The notes: generated from the sequence alone by a model not told the origin. A stretch of DNA of 64,000 nucleotides from Octopus sinensis (GCF_006345805.1 NC_043011.1:5022001-5086000), one strand, 5' to 3'. Positions 48,360 to 61,608 are shown, numbered from the stretch's first letter. Translations and numbers: made by a program.

Positions 48360-49003
48360 GTGCTTCAAACAGCTTACAAGGACGCTGCCATGGGCAAAAC
48401 ACAAATTTACGAGTGCTTTGCACGCTTTAGGAATTGTTGCGCGAAAACCAACTTCGTACAGGGCATCCGTCGACCTCTCAAACGTATGAAAATATTATGA
48501 AAATTCATGAACTGATCACCGAACAATTGAAGAACTTGTTGATAAGACTGGTGAGACCTGGAGCTCCTGCCAACGGATTTTGAGCGAGGAATTGCAAATG
48601 AAAAGAGTTGCAGCAATATTTATGCCTCGCTTGCTCACGGAAGATCAAAATCATTCACGAGTGAATGCGTGTTGTGAATTGAAAGAACAGATGGAAGATG
48701 ATCCGGACCACTTTTCGAAGGTCTTCACTGGTGACGAAAGCTGGTGTTACGGAAATTGCAGATGTGGAAGAGGTGAAGAAAAAAAAAAGAAAAAGAAAAA
48801 AAACAAACAAAAAAACACGAAGAAACGTTAAAAAGCATTACTTCGCAAGAGTTTCAAGACTGCGTCAAACAGTGGAAAACGCGTGTGGACAGATGCACTG
48901 CTTCAAATGGAAAATACTTTGAAGGTGATAAAAGTGAAACTATGTAAAACAAAGTGAATAAAGTAATATTGCAAACTTCCGGTTTCTTTGAGGGTACACC
49001 CTC

Positions 49004-49004
<1 letters not shown>
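48360..49004 (+). mobile_element. mariner-like transposase remnant with 3' TIR
   Basis: AYKDAAMGKTQIYE, SEELQMKRVAA.F.PRLLTEDQ, TGDESWCYG, C.ASNGKYFEGDK; ends ...CACCCTCG|TA. Confidence 0.85.
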
Positions 49005-49038
<34 letters not shown>

Positions 49039-49041
<3 letters not shown>

Positions 49042-49694
49042 CCTTTGAGGATGACCAAGAAAATGTGGTTGATAATCCTGTAAAGCTGAATACCAAAGCT
49101 ATAAATGGTCTACCTTTACCGGACTCATCGAACCCATGTAATAAGGGTAGTTTAGAGGGAAGGAATGAGCGAAACCCGTCTGGAACTGGAGATAAAATAA
49201 GTATAGATAATAATGGGAAAAAAATTAGGAAAGGCCCTGAAAAGACATGTAATTGTAGGAAACCCAAATTATGTCCTTTGGATGGTTCATGTCTGGTTAC
49301 CAACGTAATATATAAATGTGTAGTTCGGGATGTAGATAATCTAAACAAATTTTATATAGGTAGTACGATGGATTTTAAGGCGCGATATAGGTCACACATG
49401 AGCTCTTTTACTAACGAAAAATACCTTAACTCAACTACACTTGCATCGCATATACACGACCTGAGAAAGAACAATAAGAATTATTTCCTAGAATGGTCCA
49501 TCATTTCTAAAATCCCAAACTTCAAGAGAAATATCAGCAAATGTAGGCTATGCATAAGGGAATCACTTACCATCCTTAGGTGTTATGGACCGCACATTCT
49601 GAATAAATTTACGGACGTGATCCCCGTTTGCGTACATAAATTTTCTTCTACATTCCTGAAAATCTACAGGAATAAAATAAATTGTAGTAAGTAA
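49039..49694 (+). mobile_element. Penelope-like element GIY-YIG endonuclease region, open frame, 5'-truncated at (TA)n
   Basis: CNCRKPKLCPLDGSC, VIYKC...FYIGST..FKARY..H..SF, TTLASHI..L, LEWSII, CRLC.RE, ILNK. Confidence 0.9.
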
Positions 49695-50140
49695 TGGATT
49701 TACGAAAAGATAAGTTGTAAAAAATAAAAATAATTGGTTTAGATATTGCAGGATTTGAAACCTCGAAGGCTCAATTTAATTTAAATTAATTTTAACCCAA
49801 TTAATTCAGTTTGATTTTAGTTAAGTAAACCCATTCTTTTTGAGTATATAGAAAGTAAATAAATTGAAAAACAAAAGTATTTAAGTTTTGCTGGATTTGA
49901 AACCACGGAGGCTTTTTTTAAGTCAATTTAGTTCAATTTTAATTAATTGGAATTAATTTGATTTGAAAAAATTAAAAAAAATTTTTTTTTTACCGCCTCC
50001 TCTACTACATTAAAAGGAAATAAATTCCTTCACTGCTTTGTCTTTTGGGCTATCTGTGCATGAATACCAAAGTGGGAAAGCAAACAACACCGTACGGGCC
50101 TGGTGCGTGATGGCTATCTTTGCGTTTATATATATATTTT

Positions 50141-50222
50141 TTTCCCCTGACGAAGGAGGTATTATCTGAATGCACCCTAGTGCTTAAAACATAATACACC
50201 CCTGAAATGGCCATAGGGATAA
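50141..50222 (+). ncRNA. Minimal type I hammerhead ribozyme, complete
   Basis: TTTCCC-CTGACGA(50147-53)-stem II AGGAGGTATTA/TAATACACCCCT-GAAA(50204-07)-palindromic ATGGCCAT-cleavage triplet ATA (after 50215)-GGGATAAG. Confidence 0.8.
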
Positions 50223-50763
50223 GTAAACATGATTTCCTTCTTATATATAAGGCTTATTTTACCTGATTAAGATTTCTAAACGATGAACCTTATTTTACTT
50301 TATTTACACGATATATATATATTTATATTATATTTTTTATATGCTCCTATATGTGTATATATATTTATATATGTTTTATATATTTTTATATGTCTATATT
50401 TTTATATACCTATATATTTTTATATATTACTTATATTATATTTTACTTTCTGCGTCCTTTTATAAATGTATGCTCTTTGAATCGCTAGAATATTAATTCT
50501 AGGTTTTGATGATAAGAATTTTTCTCGCACCATATCATATTATTATTATTACGTGCTGTACATATGAATTTTGTTCCATCTTGCGGGTTATATGTTTATT
50601 CTATAATTAAATGTTCGAATTATGAAATGACATGCGGTTGACTTTGTATTTGCTTGTTCAATGATTCTAGTTTGATATTTTTGTCTCTTCCAATAGAGCA
50701 CTTCTATTGCAGTCCTATTAAACCTTTTTTTGTTCCTGACAAGAAACATTATTGTATCGATAT

Positions 50764-50807
<44 letters not shown>

Positions 50808-50900
50808 TAATCCAAACAAGAAAACAAAAAAAAAACACAACAACGCGAGGACGTGGAACAAATAAAGTATTATTGGACGCTCAGGAAAGAAGGGAAGAAG

Positions 50901-50940
50901 GAGGGTATAACGTTTCGAGCGGAGCTCTTCGTCGGAAACA
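50901..50940 (-). ncRNA. Degenerate minimal hammerhead-like motif (U4C core)
   Basis: GTTT-CCGACGA-A-GAGC-TCC-GCTC-GAAA-CG-TT-ATAC; stem I weak. Confidence 0.45.
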
Positions 50941-51059
50941 TAGGAGAAGGAAAGATCCAGAGAAGGGAAGAGAGGAAAAAAATCGCCGGTGGTACTCACG
51001 AGGTCACATATCATATGTGTGTGTGTGTGTGTTTGCATACACACATATGTATATGTATT

Positions 51060-51103
<44 letters not shown>

Positions 51104-51202
51104 CATTATTCAGTTTATTTCATTTCTTGCCAATAGAGAATGAGCCGGTTTCTAACCTAGATTGAAGGCTCCTTCATTAGAATTTCAGCATTAACAACAG
51201 GG

Positions 51203-51468
51203 TATGTATGTATGTATGTATGTATGTATGTATGTATGTATGTATGTATGTATGTATGTATGTATGTATGTATGTATGTATGTATGTATGTATGTATGTA
51301 TGTATGTATGTATGTATGTATGTATGTATGTATGTATGTATGTATGTATGTATGTATGTATGTATGTATGTATGTATGTATGTATGTATGTATGTATGTA
51401 TGTATGTATGTATGTATGTATGTATGTATGTATGTATGTATGTATGTATGTATGTATGTATGTATGTA
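51203..51468. repeat. (TATG)n microsatellite, ~265 bp
   Basis: Direct reading of sequence. Confidence 0.95.
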
Positions 51469-54020
51469 TTTTATTGCAATGGGAAAAAAGAAAAAGAAGA
51501 TTACAAAAAAGAAAGTGGTGTTGCTTTTGCTCTGAAAACTTCCTTGGTTGATAAGTTAAAGGAATTACCATACAATGTAAATGATAGAATGATATTGCTG
51601 AGGTTGTCTTAAAAAAAAAAGGTCGGTATGTAACACTTGTTAGTGTTTATGCACCAACTGTGAATGCGAGTGAAACTGAAAAGCTCCTCTTCTATGATGT
51701 TCTGAAAGAAAATATCCGCAAAATTCCATACGAGGATAAGATTATCATATTGAGCGATTTTAATACTAGAGTTGGTAAAGACAGTGAGACATCGGGTGGG
51801 AAATTGTAACAGCAATGGCTTACTTTTTTACAGATGTGTTCTGAACTGAATCTATTTATTATGAGCACTGCTTTTCAGCAAAAAGATTGGTTCAAAACAA
51901 TGGCACCTGATAGACTATATGATAACTAGAAAGCGAGGTAAGAGAGATTTCTGTATAATGCGGGTCATGCAGGGAGCGGAATGTTGGACAGATCATCGCT
52001 TGGTTCGTGGGAAGATCAAGTTTGTAGTGAAGCCAAAAAGTAGACAAAGTGGCACTGGCATCCCTAAACGTCTGAATGTGAATCTCCTTAAGGATAAAAC
52101 GGTTAGAATCGAATTTCACAGGAAATCGAACATTTGGATCGGACAGATGAGTGGATGGACTTCAGAGGACAACTATACAATTTAAGTAAAGAAGTTGTTT
52201 GAGGAGTAAAGAAGAAGAAGCATTAAGATTGGTTTGATGAAAGTAATAGAAATATTCAACATTTGTTGGAATAAAAACGAAACACATTACATTCATTACT
52301 AGCAAATGATTCTGACCAAAATAGAGCTTTTTTTTAAGAGATAAAAGCAGATGTGCAAAGAAAGATTCGAAGCGTGCAGAATACTTGGTGGCGGAAGAAA
52401 GAAGAGATAGAGGCTTCTTCCAATGTTAAAAACACTAAATTACTATATACTGTTCTTTGTGAGGTGTATGGGTCATCATACCCTACTTTGGCTCATGTGA
52501 AGAATAGGAACGATGTTTTATTGAGAGAGCCCAAAGATATCTTAAAACGATGGGAGGAACATTTTCAATGAACTTCTGAACTGACCATCAGTTGTTGATG
52601 AAAAAGTATTGATATGCTTCCACAGAATGCACCCACTGAGATGACACCGCGTCAGTGGAGGAAACAATAAAGGTAGTATCAAAGCTGAACAATGGCAAAG
52701 CACCGGGAGTCGATAGTCTGAATGTAGAACTACTTAAGTTTGTGGGGTACTACTTGCTAGAAATGCCGACAGGAGTAATACAGAAGATATGGACAAATGA
52801 AGTTACGCCAAAAGACTGGAAGGATGCAGTCATGGAAGTTGTGTTCAAGGGTAAGGGCCAAAAAATAACTTTCGTGGTATTTACCTGCTTACTACAGCCT
52901 GCAAAGTTTTATCACAAATAATGTTGGACCGGCCGCAGATATATGTGACTAATGAGATTCTTCCTGAAGCCCAGAGTGGATTTAGAAATGGTAGGGGTAC
53001 TATTGACATGATCTTCTCTGTGTGAAACAGCAAATAAGACTTTATCAGGTTTGATCCTGCTAAGACTTTTGACTCTGTCAATCGAACTGCCTTGTGGGAG
53101 ATCTTGAGGAGACTTGGATGCCCAGTAAAGTTTCTCACTATTCTAAATCAGTTTCATGATGGCATGGAGGTAAGGATCAACATGGTGGAAAGCTCTCGGA
53201 GCCTATCTCTATTACGAATGGAGTAAAACAAGGTGACATACTAGCACCCATTCTCTTCACCCTCTATTTTACTATAGTTTTTCAATTGGCTTTCAAAGGC
53301 TTCTATAAAGGCATATATATCAGATATCACACAACAGGAAAAATCTTTAACATCAGAAGACTGTCAGCTAAGGACGTCCTAAACTCTTAATAGAGACCTC
53401 CTCTATGCAGATGATTGTGATATTGTCACTCATACTGAGGAGGACATGCAAAATGTTATGAATGCAATTTCTATGGCTTGTGAGGCACTTGGCTTAACCA
53501 TAAATCTAATTAAAACTGTTGTCGTGTTTCAGCCAGCACCAGGAATGCCATACGTAGAACCTGGTATCTTCGTGTATAGAAGAAAGCTTGCTGTGGTTTC
53601 TTAGTTTGTTTACTTATGGAGCACACTAAACACACCAGCGAATCTTTATCATGAAGTATCACTACGCGTTCAGAAAATCATGTTTTGCTTTTGGCAAACT
53701 GGAAGACCGCCTATGGTCTAAGCATAGTGTTTCCACTGCGACAATGATGTAGGTATACAATACAAGTATCATAACCTTTTTATTGTATGCTTGTGAAACC
53801 TGGACTTTGTATCGTAAGCACTTAAAACTTATGGAACGTTTTGATCAACAATGTCTCAGAAGGATTAGGAGGATCAGCTGGAAAACGTTTGTGAGTGACG
53901 GCGACGATGAAGTGCTTGAAAGAGGGAAATGCCTCAGTATTGAAGCTTTGCTATTGCAGTACAGATTGAGATGGAGTGGACATTCAGTCAGAATGACAGA
54001 CAACAGAATGCCTAAACGAT
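51469..54020 (+). mobile_element. RTE-clade LINE (APE + RT), decayed
   Basis: ESGVAFA, NDRMILLRL, SVYAPT, DFNTRVG, WTDHRLV, NGKAPGVD, LPEAQSGFR.GRGT.DMIF, FDSVNR, GVKQG.ILAP.LF, YADD, YACETWT. Confidence 0.9.
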
Positions 54021-54687
54021 GAGGATGAGGCGACTTCTTCCAGCGACCCCAAAATTGTGCCCAGCACCACCATAGTCCGTGACGCTACCTTATGAGTATC
54101 AACTTTCGTGGTTTGTTGTTTTTCTCTTCATAGCAGAAAGCCTTTAAATGCTTCATTTGTTGCAGCTGACATTCCAGCCTTGGATGCTCAGTATTAAGGC
54201 CTTCTTCTCGGCGCGCTCTATCGGGCAAAATTCCAAGTCGTTTTGTAATCCTGCTGCCGACAAAGTGCTGGTGTTGAATGTTTCACGTTGAGCGCATCAA
54301 TAGCAGATGACACAGCAGAGTTGTTGCCTGTCTTCAATTAGAAGACTGTAGCTAGATGAATGCCTGGATGAAGGTAAAGGATATAAACATATCTAGAGAA
54401 TTCGGGAGAAAATAAAACATGTAATATTCTTCACAAAGTCCATGGCTCAATTCACAAACGCGATTCAATCTGTCAAATTTCACCTTCCGTAATTACGAAA
54501 TGGCTTACCTCCCTTGCCAATCTTAATTCCTTGGGAGTGACCTCCCTTGTATTCAACACCACGATATCTTTTTCGCTACTGTCTGCAGCAATATTTTTTT
54601 CTATTTCAAATTTCTTTGAAGATGGCAGCATGATCTGATTAAATTGTTTCTCTACTTTTTGCCATTGACTATTTTTCCTTCCTAAAT

Positions 54688-54719
<32 letters not shown>

Positions 54720-54838
54720 GCGTGCATATGTATATGTTTGAATCATGTTTTAATTATTGCGTTTTCTCGCAAGTTTTCTTTTGCTATTTCCTTGAAAAAT
54801 ATATCAGTTTAAACGTGTGTAGGTATGTATTTATGTGT

Positions 54839-54882
<44 letters not shown>

Positions 54883-55402
54883 ATGTATGCGCATAACATG
54901 TGTATGCTTTTAAAATTCTTCAATACTTCCCTCTATTCTATAACGTCTTTAGAGACGTTATAGAACAATCTTCTTGCGCGTCATTTTTTTCAATTTAAAA
55001 ACCAATTTTATTATTTTTATACACGCTATGTTATCCTTTGGTATTTTGCAATACCTATTGAAAGATTTGTACTTTTTCCTCTCTTCGAGCCATTGTGGTT
55101 AATTAAAAAAACAACTATTATTTTTGTTGTTATTATCATCATATATTGCACGTAAGCAAGTGCGTATGTACGCTTATACATATGTTCATGCGTATGTATG
55201 TGCTACGTATGTGCGTAGGTGTCTGTACGTATGTGCATACATATTTGCATATGTAGGTATGCATCTGCATACATAGGTGTGTGCATAACTATGTAGGTAC
55301 ATATATACCTATGTGTGTGCGTACGTGTGTATATATGTATTGAGTACGCATGTGCATACATCTATGTGTGCACATGTGCATAAGGATGGACATATTGTGT
55401 AT

Positions 55403-55531
55403 GCCTTTCATCCTTTCGGGGTCGATAAATTAAGTACCAGTTACGCACTGGAGTCGATATAATCGATTTAATCCACTTGTCTGTCCTTGTTTGTCCCCTC
55501 TGTGTTTAGCCCCTTGTGGGAAATAAAGAAA
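55403..55531 (+). mobile_element. SINE family B 3' half
   Basis: CCTTTCATCCTTTCGGGGTCG...CCCCTTGTGGG..AATAAAGAAATA. Confidence 0.85.
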
Positions 55532-55944
55532 TATATGTATGCGCAAACGTATGTACTCCTGTATATACTGACGTACAAACGTATGTGCGTATGTTCATAC
55601 ATATATACATGTACACATATGTACGTATGTACCTATGTATGTGCGTACTTATTTATGTCCGAACATATATGCATACGTTTGTACGTACGAGCGTATGTAT
55701 GAGCGTCCGTACGAGTGTATATCCTTACGTATATAATTACATGTAAATACGTGTTTATGTGCTTATGTATATCCGTACTTATGTGCATGGATGTACACAT
55801 ATACATCCGTACATCCGTATGCATTTATGTATGCGCAGAGGAGCGTACGTATATGTTCATACTTATGTGCAGTCATATGCTTGTGTATTAGCGTATATGT
55901 GTACGTATGTACATATGTACGCACGTATATATGTGCATACATAA

Positions 55945-56045
55945 GTACTGGGCTTACAAAGAATAAGTCCCGGGGTCGAGTTGCTCGATTAAAGGTGGTG
56001 CTCCAGCATGGCCGCAGTCAAACGACTGAAACAAATAAAAGAGTA
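55945..56045 (+). mobile_element. SINE family A 3' fragment
   Basis: AAGTACTGGGCTTACAAAGAATAAG...GAAACAAATAAAAGAGTA. Confidence 0.85.
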
Positions 56046-56055
56046 TATATATATC

Positions 56056-56295
56056 ATATTGAATTAGAGATAAAACCACTATTAGGCAAATCAAACAGTG
56101 AAAAACATAAGCCAATACATAGAAAAAATTTTTTTTTATTTTTACTTTAATTTAAATATTTTAATTTGGAATTTTATATTTTATATTTTTTATATTTATG
56201 TTTTATATTTTTTTAATTAATTTTTTTCTATGTATTGGCTTATGTTATTCACTGTTTTGATTTGCCTAATAGTGGTTTTATCTCTAATTTAATAT
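56056..56295. mobile_element. TA-flanked foldback/MITE-like element
   Basis: ~72-bp near-perfect inverted arms (ATATTGAATTAGAGATAAAACCACTATTAGGC... / ...GCCTAATAGTGGTTTTATCTCTAATTTAATAT) around an AT-rich spacer. Confidence 0.7.
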
Positions 56296-56369
56296 AATAT
56301 ATTTATACTATAAAATTGGATTTAACCCTAAATCTAATTTTTCCCTGTAAGTTTGGATTTACTTCCTAA

Positions 56370-56414
<45 letters not shown>

Positions 56415-56949
56415 TATAAGTGTATATCTATATACATATATGTACACATACATATATATATATATGTACGTATATACGTACATACGTATCTAGGTGTTTG
56501 CATACGTATGTGTATATATGTGTGTATGTACTCGCGCACATATCCGCGTATTTACAGTGTGCGGATTTTAATTTGGTATCTCTGTTTAATCAAAAGTAAA
56601 ATACTATTTTCAAAGCCGTAATGTAAAGTAATATTGCTTTCCTCGGATAAAAGTAAATAAATATATAAACACTCCCAAGTGACCCGAGGAATGGAAAAGC
56701 AAGGTGGTGGTGTATGCAGTCAGTGTCGTTATGAATAACATTGTTACCAACTTAAGGCCAGTAACTTTGATAACGTCACTGGCTACAAGGAAAACTCACA
56801 GTCGCTGTAAAGAGTGGGTGAGAGATGCTGATTTCATGCAGGAAGTTGAGCAGTTCTTCGAGGAAAATTCCCTCCATTGGGATACTCGAGATCGCCAGGG
56901 AACTGGGCTGTAATAAAAAGACTGTTAGCACTTGGGTGAATAAAGACCT

Positions 56950-57420
<471 letters not shown>

Positions 57421-57439
57421 ACTCATTCGTTATAAATTT

Positions 57440-58085
57440 TGTAAGATGTAGACAAAACAGCTTCTCGCTCAGAACTCCAAATAGCACCATGTGAAGAAGA
57501 CCGAGAAGCTATTGAGCAAGTTGAAGCTTCCACTGGAACCAAACATGTGGATTTTCTCACATGCAAAAGAAACATTTGCCTGAACAAGGCGCACAAGCAG
57601 AATAGCAATTGGTTATTAGTTAGCTCACATGATGTACCCAGTGTCACACAAACCATGTTTCCTGTCCACATAATAGTTTTGATGTGATCAGTAGTGAAGT
57701 ATGTTTTATGTTTCCTCAAATCATTATTGTGGGCCTGAAGATGAACCAGGATGTGTACAAGGGGGTTCTGGAGAAGGTGGTGAAACCCTAGATTGAACAC
57801 TTTATGTGTTCCAGTACGCACTGCTAGGAAGACCAAAAAATGGCTCTCAGACATTTTTACGACCATGTCAGTTAGACATATGGCTTCCTAACCGCGATCC
57901 TTTAGACTATTTTTTCTGGGGCGCGGTTGAAGTGTCACCGACAAGGCTGCCTGCAATACGAGCTGAAGTAGTGCAATTGCTTGGCATTCCAAGATTTGTC
58001 TGCTGCAACTGTGAAACGCATCTGTTCCTGTTACCACGGTCGCTTTAAGTAGGTTATTTATGTTGGCTCAGGAGTTATATTGAAT
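57440..58085 (+). mobile_element. Tc1/mariner (maT/DD37D-like) transposase remnant
   Basis: WIFS, GLKMNQDVY..VLE.VVKP, W.P...D..PLDYFFWG.VE motifs; frameshifted. Confidence 0.7.
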
Positions 58086-58609
58086 AATTACGTAGCATAC
58101 GTCGTGTATTTCGAATTTTCAATAGATCTTAAAAGATAAAGTTTTTTTCCTTCTTGAATGCTGTTGAACACGCCAAGTCTACGTTCGCGCTCTGTATGTA
58201 TGTACGTATGCATCTACATATGTGCATATGTATGCATGTGCATGTATATGTGCATACATATTTGCATATATTGGTATGTATCTGCATACGTAGGTGTGTG
58301 CATAACTATGTAGGTACATATGTACTTATGTGTGTGCGTACGTGTATGTACGTGCGTATATGTATTGAGTACGCATGTGCATACATCTATGTGTGCGCAT
58401 GTGCATAAGGATGGGAGATATTGTGTATGTCCATGCATACATATGTTTGTGCAAAGGTATGTACTCCTGTATGTACTGACGTACAAACGTATGTGCGTAT
58501 GTTCATACTTATATATTGATGTGCACATGCATGTAAGTAGATACATAGGTACATGTCTATGTACATACAAATTGCAAGCAAGGACACAGTTTTTCGTTTT
58601 GTAGTCATA

Positions 58610-59330
58610 ATCTATTATATAAAATCTGTTTTGTCTGTGTGTGCGTCTTCTAGGATCTTGGGCATCCTCCATCCGATTGCGCTCAAATTTGATATGTAGA
58701 TACCGACGGTATCAGGGCGTGTATAAGTCTTGAAAAAATTACAAAAATCGATTCTAGGTGAGAATGCGGTCGATAAAGTGAATAAAATCGTTTTTCTTTG
58801 GAATAGAAAAAAGTCTTTCTTTATTTTTTCTTTTGCTGGTGTCTCAAATTTAGGATAAATCAGTGTTTCTCAAAGGGGAGGCCTATGGGACGGTCGAACA
58901 AGTTGTTTTGAGAAAATTTGGTTTAAATGTTTGACAATTCTGCACCGTCCATTGGACGGGGGACTAGTTTATTTTGACTACATGTATACTAAAGGTTTAC
59001 GAGTCGATATTTTGTTTTAATTTTGTGTTAGCAGTGCAAGATTCTCACTTTGAAATATATACGCATATACACCCATTATTTATTTTTGCTATTTTCGATC
59101 GCATTATTTAGGTAGGGGTATTTGTATACGAAACGTCATAAGTTGCAGCTGTGGGTCTGAATTCTATTGAAAATCTACAGAAATACACCCAGAAGTGAGA
59201 ATATCGCTCTACGAGTCCTAAAGTAAGACATAACATTGACTTGTAAGCCTTTAACATACTTGGTTGTACATTATATTTGCAATAGGAAATACTGTGTTCT
59301 TTCTAGCAAATTAATATGTACGCACTAGTT
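58610..59330 (+). mobile_element. Helitron-like element 5' portion
   Basis: A|TCTATTATATAAAA...GTCTGTGTGTG 5' motif like the other Helitron copies; 3' end not convincingly found. Confidence 0.4.
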
Positions 59331-59457
59331 GCCTGGAATGTGTTTACTATGTAAATTGATCAATCCAATAGTGATACACCAGTAAATATAGTGATTTTTT
59401 AAACGAACACGTTCATAAATAGTCAATGGTTGGATGTGGTATTGATGGAAATATATA

Positions 59458-59626
59458 CGAGAGGGGTTCCCAAAAGAAACGGGAGTTTTGCAATATTATT
59501 TTATTTGACATATTTTCACTTTTATCGCCTTCAAAGTATTTTCCATTTGAAACAATGCATCGGTCCGGACGCGTTTTCCGCCGTTCGAAGCAGTCCTGGA
59601 TCGCTTGCGAAGTGATGCCTTTTTAA
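59458..59626 (-). mobile_element. mariner 3' end (same family as 48360-49004)
   Basis: TA|CGAGGGG TIR; minus frame ...CFERRKTRPDRCIVSNGKYFEGDK; runs into the gap. Confidence 0.8.
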
Positions 59627-59726
59627 NNNNNNNNNNNNNNNNNNNNNNNNNNNNNNNNNNNNNNNNNNNNNNNNNNNNNNNNNNNNNNNNNNNNNNNNNN
59701 NNNNNNNNNNNNNNNNNNNNNNNNNN
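59627..59726. other. Assembly gap (100 N)
   Basis: Run of N. Confidence 1.
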
Positions 59727-60330
59727 TAAATATATACATACATACATACATACATACATACATACATACATACATACATACATACATACATACATACATG
59801 CATGTATACATACACATACGTATACCTACGCGAGATTGAGTGCGTGTCTGTGCTTAACCACCGAAAATCCACTGATGGCAGGCCTTAACACAGATTTTCC
59901 CCTTCACTCATTTCTCTCGGGACGCACTTGCACTGTGATCACATAGAGAACTTCCGGGCGTACCAACCAAAGATTCCAGTGTTGAATTCCAATGTTTCCG
60001 GTTGTAGTTATCGGTGTTAGGTGGGGCCCTTTCAGCGTTTCCAATGACTTCTCCCGTGGGTCATATTCTCTCTCGCTTCATACTTGCCACTTTCAGCATG
60101 CGAACGATTTCATGCTGGCTGCTCGGCAAGAAATTTAAATTTGTATATAAATATATATATATATAATATATAATATGAATATATAAAGTATAGATATGGA
60201 CATACCACATGCATGCACACAAACACACGCACACACACATGCACGCGTACAAACAATATCTAAATACACACACACACACACCACACATATATATATAAAT
60301 ACATAAATGCATACATACATACATACATAC

Positions 60331-60404
<74 letters not shown>

Positions 60405-60519
60405 ATATACATATACATACATATCTGTATGTATGTGTATATTTATGTATGTATAAGGTATATGATAGAGCGTTAGCTCCTACACGCATTTTTTCTCTCT
60501 CCTTGTTTCTTTTCTGTGT

Positions 60520-60559
60520 ATCTTTCTGTTGAAGAGCGTAGGCTCGAAACGTAAAAGAT
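60520..60559 (+). ncRNA. Minimal hammerhead-like motif (A6U core variant)
   Basis: ATCTTT-CTGTTGA-A-GAGC-GTAG-GCTC-GAAA-CG-TA-AAAGAT: stems I and II pair perfectly, palindromic ACGT stem III, GUA site. Confidence 0.55.
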
Positions 60560-61239
60560 TTGTTCTATTTCTATTCCTGAGCGCCATACTAATGCAATAG
60601 TTTGTTTGTATTCCACCTGCTTTCGTCTTTTGTTTATTTTCGTAAACCTTCCCGTTATATATATATATATACATATATATATATGCACAAACACTGACGC
60701 ATGCACACACACACACACACAACACGCATGCACACAAACACACACGTGTGTGTGTGTTTGTCATGTGATCTAGTCCGCTATTAATCATGATTATTCATGG
60801 TAACTCACGGTTTCATATTTACTGACACTCCATCAGACGAATAGATGATCGACCTATTACTTGAATATCACTGATATCTGTACTACAATGTATTAATTAA
60901 GAGTCAATACCGTTTAGTATGTTACCCTCTATTAATTATAACTGGCAGCATACACACACCTATACATACATATATACATACATACAAATATCACACATAA
61001 ACTCGTACATGCATGCATAGATACATGCATACATACATAGATACATATATGCATACACACATATACATTCATACATACACATATACATATCAAGAAAATC
61101 GTTACTGCAATTTCTCGCTTGCCTGTACAGGTGCTCTGTGGGTCATGCGTCGGATGTCGAAAAGAGGTCGCAGAGCAACGTCAGATGAAGTGCTTTACTC
61201 AAAAACAAAACAAACCAACGGTTCAGGAATCGAACCCAC

Positions 61240-61608
61240 TGGTACTTAATTTATCGACCCTAAAAGTGTGAAAGCCAGAGTCGACCTCGGTGAAATTTGA
61301 ACTCAGAACGTTGCGGCAGACGAAATACCGCCAAGCATTTCGTGCGCCGTGCTGACGATTCTTCCTGCTCACTGTCTTCTCAATAATAATAATAATAATC
61401 CTTTCTACTATAGGCAAAAGGCCTAAAATTTTTGGGGGAGGGGGAAGTCAATTAGATGCAACTGGTACTCAATTTACCGACCCCGAAAAGATGAAAGGCA
61501 AAGTCGACCTCGGCGGAATTTGAACTCAGAACGTAGCGGCCGACGAGATACCAATAAGCATTTCGTCCGGTGTGCTAACGATTTTGCCAGCTCGCTGCCT
61601 TGTCAATA

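Noticed and set aside
48954-49694. 246-aa ORF as a standalone cellular nuclease gene
   Set aside because: It is chimeric: mariner TIR + (TA)n + truncated Penelope-like endonuclease, with no real start codon.
51140-51480. (TATG)n as an expansion inside the RTE 'GYVF' codons
   Set aside because: The left flank does not translate into convincing APE sequence and looks like a separate short repeat.
51191-51612. ORFs of MYVC/YIHT repeats, and the many YI-repeat ORFs elsewhere
   Set aside because: Translations of (TATG)n and (TA)n tracts.
59496-59946. ORFs spanning the N run
   Set aside because: Artefacts of the assembly gap.
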